Assembly: GCA_020184695.1 (NCBI GenBank)
Contig: JAANOX010000025.1
Coordinates: 1 to 8,985, forward strand
Source: Histomonas meleagridis 2922-C6/04-290x
Lineage: Eukaryota > Protista > Parabasalia
DNA: 8,985 nucleotides
Direction of reading: 5' to 3'
A program made the translations under genes and the position numbers. Below are positions 1-7,941 of this stretch, piece after piece (the stretch's first letter is position 1; every line of letters starts with the position of its first letter). A model generated the notes under the pieces. The model ran no database searches and was not told the DNA's origin. It saw only the letters and a list, made by a program, of their open reading frames with translations.

Positions 1-1020
1 ACAGTTGGTGAGTTTTAACTTACAGCAATAAAATTATTTAAAGGACTAGTTTAGCATGACGAAAATTATTTGGACCATGGGTGTTCACATATTCTTATTC
101 TCCTGTAAAGCGCAGGATTTTCAATCAAGAATTTTTATATTGAACTCTATCGTAAACTTGTTTCTCTAAAATACATTTATGGTTACATGTTTAGTCAAAC
201 TCTTGAGAAAAGCTTTTTCAAAAATATCAATAAATATAATATAAACGAGTGAATCTCTTCGTTTCTATTTGTAAATAACCTTTCTGAATTCCACATTTTA
301 CTAAAAGAGGAAAGAAAGAATTTTTGAGCTTATTCGCATGACATGGATCATATTCCATTTTCCAATATATTTACCAAAATTGTCATTTAAAATCATATCG
401 CATGATCTCAGAATTGCTAAGAGCATAGCTGCTGGTGACAAAATTAAAATTGCCGAACTATTCGGCTTAAAACTTGTTCTCGAATATTATGCATCAAAAG
501 CACCATTGGCATATGACCATATCGATATGTTTAAATTGTTTCTAAAAGAAAACTTCTGGTGAACTATTGTCATATATAAATGTGGCTGTGTGTCAGCACA
601 GCGGATGATTTACGAAGGCTAATTTGCCGATATTAATAAAAAGAATAACTGCTGGAAAATTATAAAAATGTTTCTTAACCCGAGCGTGCAGTGCAGTAGC
701 AACACGAAAAGGCTCATTGGTTTTGTTTGAGGTATTGCATAGAACATTTAAATTTAAAGCATTGATTGATTGTGCTCTGCGTGATGGTTTGGATAGGGAA
801 TTCTGATTACATTTCCAATATTACATACAGATTTAACAATGACAAAGCACCTTCTGGAGGTGAACATATTTACGTAGTGGTATGAAAGCTATGTACCCAT
901 ATATGCTTATACAGCGAGCACTGAAATTCAGAGATATTTGTTAAAATTCTTGGTAAAAACATGTGGAAGAACATTTAAACAAAAGGGTTAAATATTTTGA
1001 AAGTAAAATATTAAATCAAT
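1..1020 (+). pseudogene. Degenerate DUF3447-like/ankyrin repeat protein of the trichomonad type; extends beyond the left edge of the window
   Basis: Stitching frames gives KEFLSLFA*HGSYSIFQYIYQN (315-380, TGA at 339-341), resembling the family motif LIEYAAFxGSIxIFxYL. It continues into SIAAGDKIKIAELF...LAYDHIDMFKLFL (ORF 338-562), resembling AIAGGNIEIIHLL...AIxYHHxDIFxWL. Weaker ankyrin-like pieces follow (ATRKGSLVLFEVL, TMTKHLLEV, EIFVKIL). There are multiple stops and frameshifts. The family call is from motif recognition only. Confidence 0.55.
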
Positions 1021-1287
1021 TTGCTTTTTTTCTTCAATTAAACATATAAAGAATTTTGTTTTAAATTTATTGTTTCATAAGCAATTTGAGCAATTATATA
1101 CAATATTTTTCATTGATCTGTATTTAAATGATGTGTCGAATTTTTTGTAGTAATCAAACAAAGTGTAATTTTACTGATAAAAATAGTAAAATAAAATTTT
1201 TTTGTTGTTATGCAAAATATTGATAAATGTTCCACAAATTTCCAAATATTTGATGAAAAAATAAATACAATTGAAATTAGCTTTTTT

Positions 1288-1712
1288 TTATTTATAGTCA
1301 TCGTATGTAATTTCAACGACTAGCTTAATTAAATCAGTTGGTTTATCCTTTATAAGCATCAAAGCATCTTCAACCTTTTCAATTTCATGAAAGCGATGAG
1401 TTATAAATTTTGTTGGAGTAATTTCTCCATTTCTAACGCTATTCACAAAAGTTAAAGCACTATGAATGTGCTTATAGCTCATTCCAACGCCCCACTCAAG
1501 ACGTGGAATCTTAACATTGTTTCCTTTGCCAAGATATTTAACAGTTCCAATTACTCATCCAATTTTAACCATTTTAGCAGCTTCAGCAAATTGATCACAA
1601 TTACTACCAGCAATGATAACCTTTACAATCTATTACCATTGGTGAGCTTAAGAACTTGGTCAACAATATTATCATTATTAGAATTAATAATATCAGAAGT
1701 GCAACAGTGCAT
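1288..1712 (-). pseudogene. adh: 5'-truncated pseudogene of an NADP-dependent secondary (Zn) alcohol dehydrogenase, Clostridium beijerinckii / Thermoanaerobacter brockii / Entamoeba ADH1 type; C-terminal ~140 aa only
   Basis: Minus strand reads TSDIINSNNDNIVDQVLKLTNGN, then after a frameshift (~1621-1635) KVIIAGSNCDQFAEAAKMVKIG*VIGTVKYLGKGNNVKIPRLEWGVGMSYKHIHSALTFVNSVRNGEITPTKFITHRFHEIEKVEDALMLIKDKPTDLIKLVVEITYDDYK*. This matches the family hallmarks ATDIVNYK, AIIAGG, VPRLEWGxGMAHK and LMKDKPxDLIKPVV. There is a premature TGA at 1555-1557, and the PGGRLRMER-like segment (~9 aa) is missing. Confidence 0.9.
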
Positions 1713-2275
1713 ATTGATATTAAAAAAATTGAATTTAAAAAAAAAATTTAAAGATATGAACATTATTTAATTCTGGAACAAAAAAAATATTCTGATTGTA
1801 TAAAAAGGTAATTAAATTTTCTCAACAAAAAGATTTAAGTTATCTATAAAGAGATAATTTCATAAATTTTAAAAAAAATTTATGTAATTCCATTTATTTA
1901 TGTTATAGAAATGATATTGACTGCTGTTATTGTTATAAGAATTTAAAAACAAAAATGATATTTAAAACAAAAACAATATTAGCAAAGAAAAAATAAATAA
2001 TTTTTGTTGCAACACTAATTTCCAAGATTGATAAATAGCTCGATCCTCATTAACCAAAAATACGTATGTCGAACTCACCATTGGCAAATTATAACAGTGA
2101 TATTCAACAGAAACAGGGTATATAAAATTTATATCATTGATTTTTTTTTCTTAACCCACACAAAGCTTATATTAATAATTTTTAAAAAGATTTAGTAATA
2201 CTTCCCTTTAATTATGTTTTAGAGAACTCTTCATTTTATTTTAAAGGTTTCATTACATCAATTTGATGATATTAT

Positions 2276-3257
2276 TTACTGTTGTTGTCTTTTTCTTCTT
2301 TGATATCTAAAAATATTATGAATGATTATTAAAATAAAATTAAGAATAACAAAAAGAAATAATACTTGCACCAAAAGCAAGTGTAACAGTTTTTTGAACC
2401 AGATCTTAATGGAAATGAATTTGATGTAATATTTGAGTTCGTGATTGAATTAGTATATAGATTGGAATTCGTGATTGAATTAGAATATATATTAGAATTC
2501 GTATATGATACAGAGGATGTGTTTGCTGTTGTAAACGCATTCGCTTGTGTAAAAGAGTTTGATTGTGTAAATGTATGTGTTGGCCATGGATTGCAATTTT
2601 CGATTGTTGTTCCTTTTGATACATTAAATTTCCCAAATTTTGTTGAATTATATGAATCCAATGTCATCACACATTTGACAGGACAATTATCAAATGCATT
2701 ATCAATAACTTTAGGTTCTGAGTGGCCATAATAATAAAGACAAGTTAAAAGATTTACAATTGTAAAAATGCTTTTTGTCTCAATTGAAACCACATTTTCA
2801 CCTATAATAACAACTGATAAATTAAAACAACTATCAAAAAGTAGATGCATTGATAATAGTTAATGAACTTGGTAATTCGATATTTTTTTAAGAGAAAAAC
2901 AATATTGAAATGCTCCATAACCAATTTCCGTTAATTTATTTCCAAAAATTACATTTGATAATTTAGTGCATTGCAAGAAACAAAGGAATTTAATTGTAGA
3001 CCATCAAATGCTTGCTTGCCAATCACAGTTACTGAGTTACCAATTTTAACAGATGCTAGATTACTCCAATCTTTAAATGCATCATTTGGTATTTTCGTAA
3101 TTTCACCCTCTATAATTAAAAATAAAGTTTCTTCTTCATATTTTTTTGCACTTTCAAAATCTTCTTGTGTTTTTAATGTAAGTGTTTTTGTTTTATTATC
3201 AAATATTTCAAATGCTTGAATTGTAAAAATATAAAACATAAAAGAAATCATTCTCAT
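2276..3257 (-). pseudogene. BspA-like (TpLRR/LRR_5) type I surface membrane protein, frameshifted
   Basis: The N-terminus is signal-like (MRMISFMFYIFTIQA). The 23-aa LRR_5 units are WSNLASVKIGNSVTVIGKQAFDG, CTKLSNVIFGNKLTEIGYGAFQY, CFSLKNIELPSSLTIINASTFDS and CFNLSVVIIGENVVSIETKAFYN, the last three after correcting frameshifts. These are followed by a YYYGHSEP...AFDNCPV...KFGKF cap, a Thr/Ser/Asn stalk (PTHTFTQSNSFT...), a reconstructed TM segment TVTLAFGASIISFVILNFILIII and a basic tail RYQRRKR. ORFs 2949-3311 and 2329-2850 are pieces of this gene. Confidence 0.88.
2411..2502 (-). repeat. Three imperfect 30-bp tandem repeats encoding 10-aa stalk units
   Basis: GTGATTGAATTAGTATATAGATTGGAATTC (2441-2470) and GTGATTGAATTAGAATATATATTAGAATTC (2471-2500), plus a diverged copy at 2411-2440. 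Translation: YTNSNIYSNS / ITNSNLYTNS / ITNSNITSNS. Confidence 0.85.
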
Positions 3258-3260
3258 TAG

Positions 3261-3265
3261 TATGA
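3261..3265 (-). promoter_or_regulatory. Candidate trichomonad initiator (Inr, TCAYW) of the BspA gene
   Basis: TCATA lies 3 nt upstream of ATG 3257 and 9 nt upstream of ATG 3251 on the minus strand. The motif is short, so a chance match is possible. Confidence 0.4.
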
Positions 3266-3748
3266 AAATAAAATAACAATGGTCATTACTTGTGTATGAA
3301 AAACGAGACACAAAAACTAAATTAAATATTACAAGACATTGTCTAAATATTAGTTTTTGAAGACCTTATTGCACATATGTGAACGAAAGCCACTTTTTAC
3401 ACAACCCAATCGACAAAAAGTTATTATTATTTTATATATAATGTGTCCTATTCTCTAAACGGTCGTTTGAAATTAGATCAAACAAATTTATCTCTTAATC
3501 TTATTCTCATAATTCGATATAAGTATTTGACAGAGATTAAGAATAATAGCAAAGGATATTTTTAAATCTTTATATAACAAAAACTCTTATATAGAGATTT
3601 GACACTTAAAATTAAAAAATATATATCTTCCTATAAAATTGGTTTATAAACAAATTTTTTGTGTTTTATATATTATTTATTTCCAATATATATTATTTAA
3701 ATCGAATGTTTAGCAAAATTAACAATGTAATGGATTTGTAAATAAGAA

Positions 3749-4048
3749 TTTGTAAAAATAGATCAGAATAATGTTAATATAAATCGTTTGTTAGTAAAAT
3801 ATTATTAATGGTTATTCTATTGATGATTATGCTTTGAAAAATCATACTCATAATATTATTAATAATGATTTAACTATTAATGGTAGTCTTGTAACAAATC
3901 GTATTAACGGATATTATATAAAATGCGGCAAAACGATAAAAATGTATAATTTTCTCATATATCTCTCGTTACATATATAATTAGTGGCCAGTCTCCATGC
4001 GCTCCCAAAGCAAATCGAAAATATGTTTTATTGACAAATTTAGAATAA
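3749..4048 (+). pseudogene. Remnant of a fibre-like repetitive protein (ING turns, His-Thr-His motif), possibly of viral or Maverick/Polinton origin
   Basis: Removing one A from the A4 run at 3796-3799 gives FVKIDQNNVNINRLLVNIINGYSIDDYALKNHTHNIINNDLTINGSLVTNRINGYYIKCGK. Frame 3798-3980 is open but has no early ATG, so it is absent from the ORF track. A shifted continuation SHISLVTYIISGQSPCAPKANRKYVLLTNLE* ends at 4048. Confidence 0.45.
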
Positions 4049-4132
4049 TTTCAAAATTATATTATCAGATATCAGAGATCTAAACACTTCAAAAAGCCAA
4101 AATTTATTATTAATAAAAAGACCCTCTTTCAC

Positions 4133-5040
4133 AGCTATATTGTTTTCAACACATTCATGGATGAAAATAAAATCAAAAATGTTTATTGAAGTCAAATTTG
4201 GTAAATTGACCAAGATTCACTTATTGTATCAGGGCTATTGTGTTCTCAAGCATTGCATTGAGAAGAATTTTCATATGTTTCGAAATTGTTTTGTTTCATC
4301 CATCCTGATGAGTTATGGGATGACATGTGGTATGAAATGTCACCAATCTGTGTTATTTGAACCAAGTTAGTCGTTGCTTTAGCTATACGAAACAATGAAA
4401 GCTTGGTGCCTGAAAAAATAACTGAGACCATCACAGAGATCATAGTTTTTCTGAATCAAGAACAATGATATTAACAGCATCTGATTAAATATCTGCCCAT
4501 GTCTTTATGGAATAAGGCCATTCGATCAGCTGGTTTAGTTTCGATCAGGTTTCTCACGGTTTTCATCCAGAAACATCAAATGAAAAATTTCTGCTGCTAC
4601 CCTGTTACGTTATTTAAGATCAGATACAAAGTTTGGACTGAACATCACATCTGGGATGCAAGATTAATAAAGTCTTGATTTCGTAATAGTATATCTTGTT
4701 GAATAAAATTCGTCTTGATAAAATCTTAAATTGATTTTTCTTCATAATCCGTGAAGACTTTATGATAAGCTGTATGAACAGACACAACATATGGTATACA
4801 TTCCTTATCCATTTCCCAATTGTGATACCATCCACAGATTCAGGAATGTTATACTGTTTTGATAATCGAAGAATTGTTCCTCTGGTTTTGTTGGGAAAAA
4901 TGTTCAAAAATCTTACTACATAATTCTTTGTGCCTATAATAATCCCTGTGTAGAGACTTGGAAAATAGAATCTTTTGGGGTTTCAACTTGACGCTGAAGA
5001 TTTTCTAAATCGATATAATGTATTCAAATTTTTACCATAG
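4133..5040 (+). pseudogene. Decayed coding sequence of an unidentified protein (~300 aa)
   Basis: One frame (4133-4677) reads as protein with six scattered stops: ...FCFIHPDELWDDMWYEMSPICVI*TKLVVALAIRNNESLVPEKITETITEIIVFLNQEQ*Y*QHLIKYLPMSLWNKAIRSAGLVSIRFLTVFIQKHQMKNFCCYPVTLFKIRYKVWTEHHIWDARLIKS. After a shift near 4680 it reads YILLNKIRLDKILN*FFFIIREDFMISCMNRHNIWYTFLIHFPIVIPSTDSGMLYCFDNRRIVPLVLLGKMFKNLTT*...FQLDAEDFLNRYNVFKFLP*. The region is less AT-rich than its flanks. Family not recognised. Confidence 0.45.
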
Positions 5041-5052
5041 AACTCGTGAATT

Positions 5053-5080
5053 GCTAGCATAAATATTAATTCCTTCTTAG
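5053..5080 (-). pseudogene. Isolated degenerate ankyrin-module end (EGINIYASN)
   Basis: Minus strand GAA GGA ATT AAT ATT TAT GCT AGC AAT resembles GAA GGA ATT GAT ATT AAT GCT AAA GAT of the modules at 5568-5750. Confidence 0.35.
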
Positions 5081-5554
5081 GACCTAGGGTAAAAGTACGA
5101 AATTAAATATTTCCTTCCAATAGATAAAAAATGGGATTAGAGATAATAGTATTAGACTATGAATAGTCAAAAAAATCTGTAAAAAACTCAAAAAGTGTAT
5201 TTACGGCCATGCTCATCGAAGAACACCCATCGTATACATGATTGTAACTTTATTAAGTATAAAGATCCTTGAAAAATATTCAAGTACCAAAAGTATCTCA
5301 ATAAAATGTAATGTAACACACCATCAAATAATATTAAAAGTTTTTAAAGATGATATATTTTTCAGAAAACATGTTCGAAAGCGGATCCCATATGAATTAA
5401 CGGTTAAAATTGGAAATCTCTTTAGGCTTAATGAAAATCAATTCTATTTTTGTATGATTATTTCTAGACTCATACATAAGTGCTGTTATAAACAATTTAA
5501 ATAATTTTCAAATATTATTTTGAAATCCAAAATTATTAAAATAAATCCCAAATA

Positions 5555-5761
5555 AAAACAAATAAATATCTTTAGCATTAATATCAATTCCTTCTTGCTC
5601 AAGAAGTACTTTTAACGATTTCTGTACATGACCATTTGAAGATGCTTTCATAAGTGCTGTTCCAGAAAATTTCAAAAATTTAAAAATATTCTTTTAAAAT
5701 TTCAAATAAAACAAATAAATATCTTTAGCATTAATATCAATTCCTTCTTGTTCAAGAAGTA
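5555..5761. repeat. 54-bp direct repeat pair (5555-5608 and 5708-5761), one mismatch, period 153
   Basis: AAAACAAATAAATATCTTTAGCATTAATATCAATTCCTTCTTG(C/T)TCAAGAAGTA occurs twice. A shorter third copy lies at about 5872-5903. Confidence 0.95.
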
Positions 5762-5890
5762 ATTTAACTATATGTGTAACTCCTTTGAGATGCACGCATT
5801 AGTGCTGTTTCAAATAATTTAAATCATTTTAAAATTGTATTTTAAAATTTGAAATTATTCAAGTAATTCTCAAATATAACAAATGAATAT

Positions 5891-5910
5891 CTTTAGCATT
5901 AATGCTAAAG
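5891..5910. repeat. Perfect 20-bp palindrome
   Basis: CTTTAGCATTAATGCTAAAG equals its own reverse complement. Confidence 0.97.
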
Positions 5911-6213
5911 CATTGCGTTCTTTTTTGAAAATATCTATTGCATAAAATTAATTATAAATTTTTGCGATCCTAAAATTCAATACAATCTTTCAACATAAAT
6001 TAACAGAGTGAAACATATAAAAACTATTCTTCATTTTTTTTATATATCTTCACGTCAAACAAACGTTCCAAATCAATGTTTCTTATAACTTTATTAACAA
6101 ATGATCATATGTTAAAAATTTTATTATATTTTATTTCTCTCGAAACTTCAACAATTATAACAATGATTCGTATACGTGCAACTTACTATTCGCTATATAC
6201 CTTACGCTGGTAA

Positions 6214-7630
6214 TCAAACAAAACGTCTTCGCTTTTCGCTAACTCTTCCGATTCTGCTTTCACAAAGTTCTTCGAGCGATGACTTAAAGTCGTTTTCCAA
6301 GCATAGGTATGATGGTATCAGGACTCAAACGTGTATAAATCGAATAACGTGTCACACACAAAACACAAGAAAGTCAATGTCGTCGCAATCAAGCATATTA
6401 CAAAACACATCAAATCTTGGTTGCATATGTTTCCCAAAAACCATGGACTCAGACGTCCTTAAAAGGCTCTGAATATAAAGCATATATGTTTTTGCATTAA
6501 AAACTTGTTTTGTTACATATTTCTAATACTATGATTCAAATACATGATTACGAAAAAATTTCCAAAACTCATTTCCAAGCATATCTAAAAGTTGACAAAA
6601 TAAATTCTAGCTCGGTTGGAGTGGAAATCATGATGTTTTCTGCTGTTTTTGTAAAGAAGATTTTGTTTGTTGAGATTTTTTTGTATGAAAAACAGTTTTT
6701 ATCGCAAAACGAAATTATGTTGTAAACTATTGAATATATTAACGGTATAAACTCGAGTTGGGGAAAACACTCAGAGCAGCCACGATTATGTTCTCGAGTC
6801 CAAGAGAAAGCGCAATACGAATGAGAGTAAGTCATCACATGAAATTGACTGTAGTGCTTTGAATGCACTCTTTAGAGGCTCATGATTTCTATCTAATCCA
6901 TTTGAAGCAAGAATTAACACTCATGTACTATAAATTCTTCTGGAATAAAACGATTTGAGTTCATTGTCGTTGCATGCTAAAATAATAATGTTCCTAATAA
7001 AAATAATGATCGATTTGGCAAAACCAATCCTGGTCCATTCTCAGCTGAATCCAAAAATACCTTGAACAACTTGTGCATTGTTGGGTTAAACAAGTTAAAA
7101 ACATGCGCTTTTGACTTTTGTAGATAGAATAGAAACTGCTCGAATTGTCTAATTGTCTCATGACATTCATGAGAAACAATAAAATTAAATAAGAGGCTTA
7201 CAGTTTCGTCAATTTGTTGTGTGGGTGGGAAACGATAAATATGTTGAATAATTAAAATAGAGTTCAATATTAAATGTTCTTGAATTTGATTGAGCAAACA
7301 CCATGCACAAAAATCTAAAACATGATTTCCAATAATTATTTGAGGGTTTTGTGGTTCATTAAAAAGCATTTTTTAAAGAATCATAATATGAGAAATGATA
7401 TCGAGGGTTTCAAAATTAAAAGCGAGTTCGTTTCCATTCTGAAATTGATTAAAAGCATTATTGATTTCATTAATTGCGCTTTCAAGATATTCTTTGCAAG
7501 ATTTATCATTTTCGTTTTTTTCCCTAGCGTCAATGGTTACGCTTGAATTGACATCATTTTCAGCCGATTCAAATATTTTTTCTGATAGTTGCTGGTGAAA
7601 TGAAGAAAATGAGTCCTTGTACCTCTCCAA
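6214..7630 (-). pseudogene. Disrupted alpha-helical (ARM/HEAT-like) hypothetical protein, ~470 aa
   Basis: ORFs 7373-7660 and 6977-7369 are in the same frame, separated only by TAA at 7373-7375. The reading continues via shifts as AKSIIIFIRNIIILACNDNELKSF...LKSAFKALQSISCDDLLSFVL...LGLENIIVAALSVF / PQLEFIPLIYSIVYNIISF...ELEFILSTFRYAW and ends FDVFCNMLDCDDIDFLVFCV*HVIRF...LENDFKSSLEELCESRIGRVSEKRRRFV* (stop 6214-6216). The amphipathic helical pattern suggests an ARM fold, which is an inference. Confidence 0.6.
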
Positions 7631-7644
7631 AACTGTTCTCAAAA

Positions 7645-7649
7645 AGTGA
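7645..7649 (-). promoter_or_regulatory. Candidate Inr (TCACT) of the ARM-like gene
   Basis: TCACT lies 14 nt upstream of TTG GAG AGG TAC AAG GAC (7630 downwards), which would read MERYKD if the TTG were a mutated ATG. Confidence 0.3.
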
Positions 7650-7693
7650 AAAAATTTCAATGTAATGAATACTTTATCATCCGTTCAAAATTT

Positions 7694-7872
7694 TATATGA
7701 GGTCTATAATTTCAAAAATTTGAACCACCTGCTTTTTGTGTTGTGATTTTCCGGTGCAAAAATAAATGCTGTTTCAAATAATTTAAATAATTTCCAAATA
7801 TTATAATATTAAAATATAAAAATTATTTAAATAAATATTAAAATGAAACGAATAAATAGTTTTAGCATTAAT
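7694..7872 (-). pseudogene. Ankyrin module end + intervening sequence + degenerate ankyrin module
   Basis: ATT AAT GCT AAA ACT (INAKT, 7858-7872), an 85-nt spacer at 7773-7857 with the same conserved ends, then ACA GCA TTT ATT TTT GCA CCG GAA AAT CAC AAC ACA AAA (TAFIFAPENHNTK...). Confidence 0.75.
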
Positions 7873-7941
7873 AGAGATACTTCAATCAAAACATATGTCT
7901 TCTCATTACATTTGTATGCAATCCACGAATTATATAATAAT

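Larger units (their letters stand above)
5397..5910 (-). pseudogene. Tandem array of single ankyrin-repeat modules separated by AT-rich intervening sequences
   Basis: Modules on the minus strand: 5721-5808 TALMRASQ/GVTHIVKLLLEQEGIDINAKD (2-nt deletion); 5568-5660 TALMKASSNGHVQKSLKVLLEQEGIDINAKD (open, ancestral GHTEIVK restorable); 5397-5486 TALMYESRNNHTKIELIF... (degenerate); and a module end INAKD at 5889-5903. Spacers are at 5809-5888, 5661-5720 and 5487-5567. Confidence 0.9.

Noticed and set aside
1462-1770. ORF 1462-1770 (+), and ORF 1110-1316 (-)
   Set aside because: The first is the antisense shadow of the ADH pseudogene. The second is a low-complexity AT-rich reading that overlaps the ADH 3' end.
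1940-2150. Minus-strand ~60-codon open stretch (INDINFIYPVSVEYHCYNLPMVSSTYVFLVNEDRAIYQSWKL...) followed by a hydrophobic tract
   Set aside because: It could be the tail of a membrane-protein remnant, but T-rich DNA yields hydrophobic translations by chance and no family motif is recognisable.
2406-3219. ORFs 2406-2636 (-), 2441-2731 (+) and 2971-3219 (+)
   Set aside because: These are alternative-frame or antisense shadows of the BspA gene and its stalk repeats.
1836-3600. Short hairpins and palindromes (1836-1860, 3337-3348, CACATATGTG near 3373, 3584-3597)
   Set aside because: They are short, isolated, and expected by chance at this AT content.
3789-4372. Minus-strand ACTAAC hexamers (near 3790 and 4367) as trichomonad intron branch sites
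   Set aside because: Neither is followed by the fixed-distance ..CAG acceptor, and no matching exon context exists.
4140-4907. ORFs 4140-4370 (+), 4246-4443 (-) and 4620-4907 (-)
   Set aside because: They are off-frame or antisense to the more protein-like interrupted frame on the plus strand, with no recognisable motifs.
5238-5504. ORF 5238-5504 (+)
   Set aside because: It is partly antisense to an ankyrin module and has no recognisable domain.
5487-5888. Spacers as U12-type AT-AC introns
   Set aside because: They begin with AT and an AC follows, but the ATATCCTT donor and TCCTTAAC branch consensus are absent, and the possible AT/AC joins are out of frame.
5555-5903. Direct repeats with 150-170 nt periodicity as a CRISPR array
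   Set aside because: The repeats encode ankyrin C-terminal halves, the intervening DNA is homologous between units, the spacing is far too long, there are no cas genes, and the context is eukaryotic.
2276-7375. TAA/TAG reassignment to Gln (diplomonad-type code) as an explanation for the in-frame stops
   Set aside because: Many disruptions are TGA stops, frameshifts or deletions, TAA serves as the natural terminator of the ADH fragment, and the gene families look parabasalid.
6176-7546. ORFs 6176-6472 (+), 6510-6725 (+), 7322-7546 (+) and 6994-7179 (-)
   Set aside because: These are antisense or off-frame shadows of the ARM-like pseudogene.
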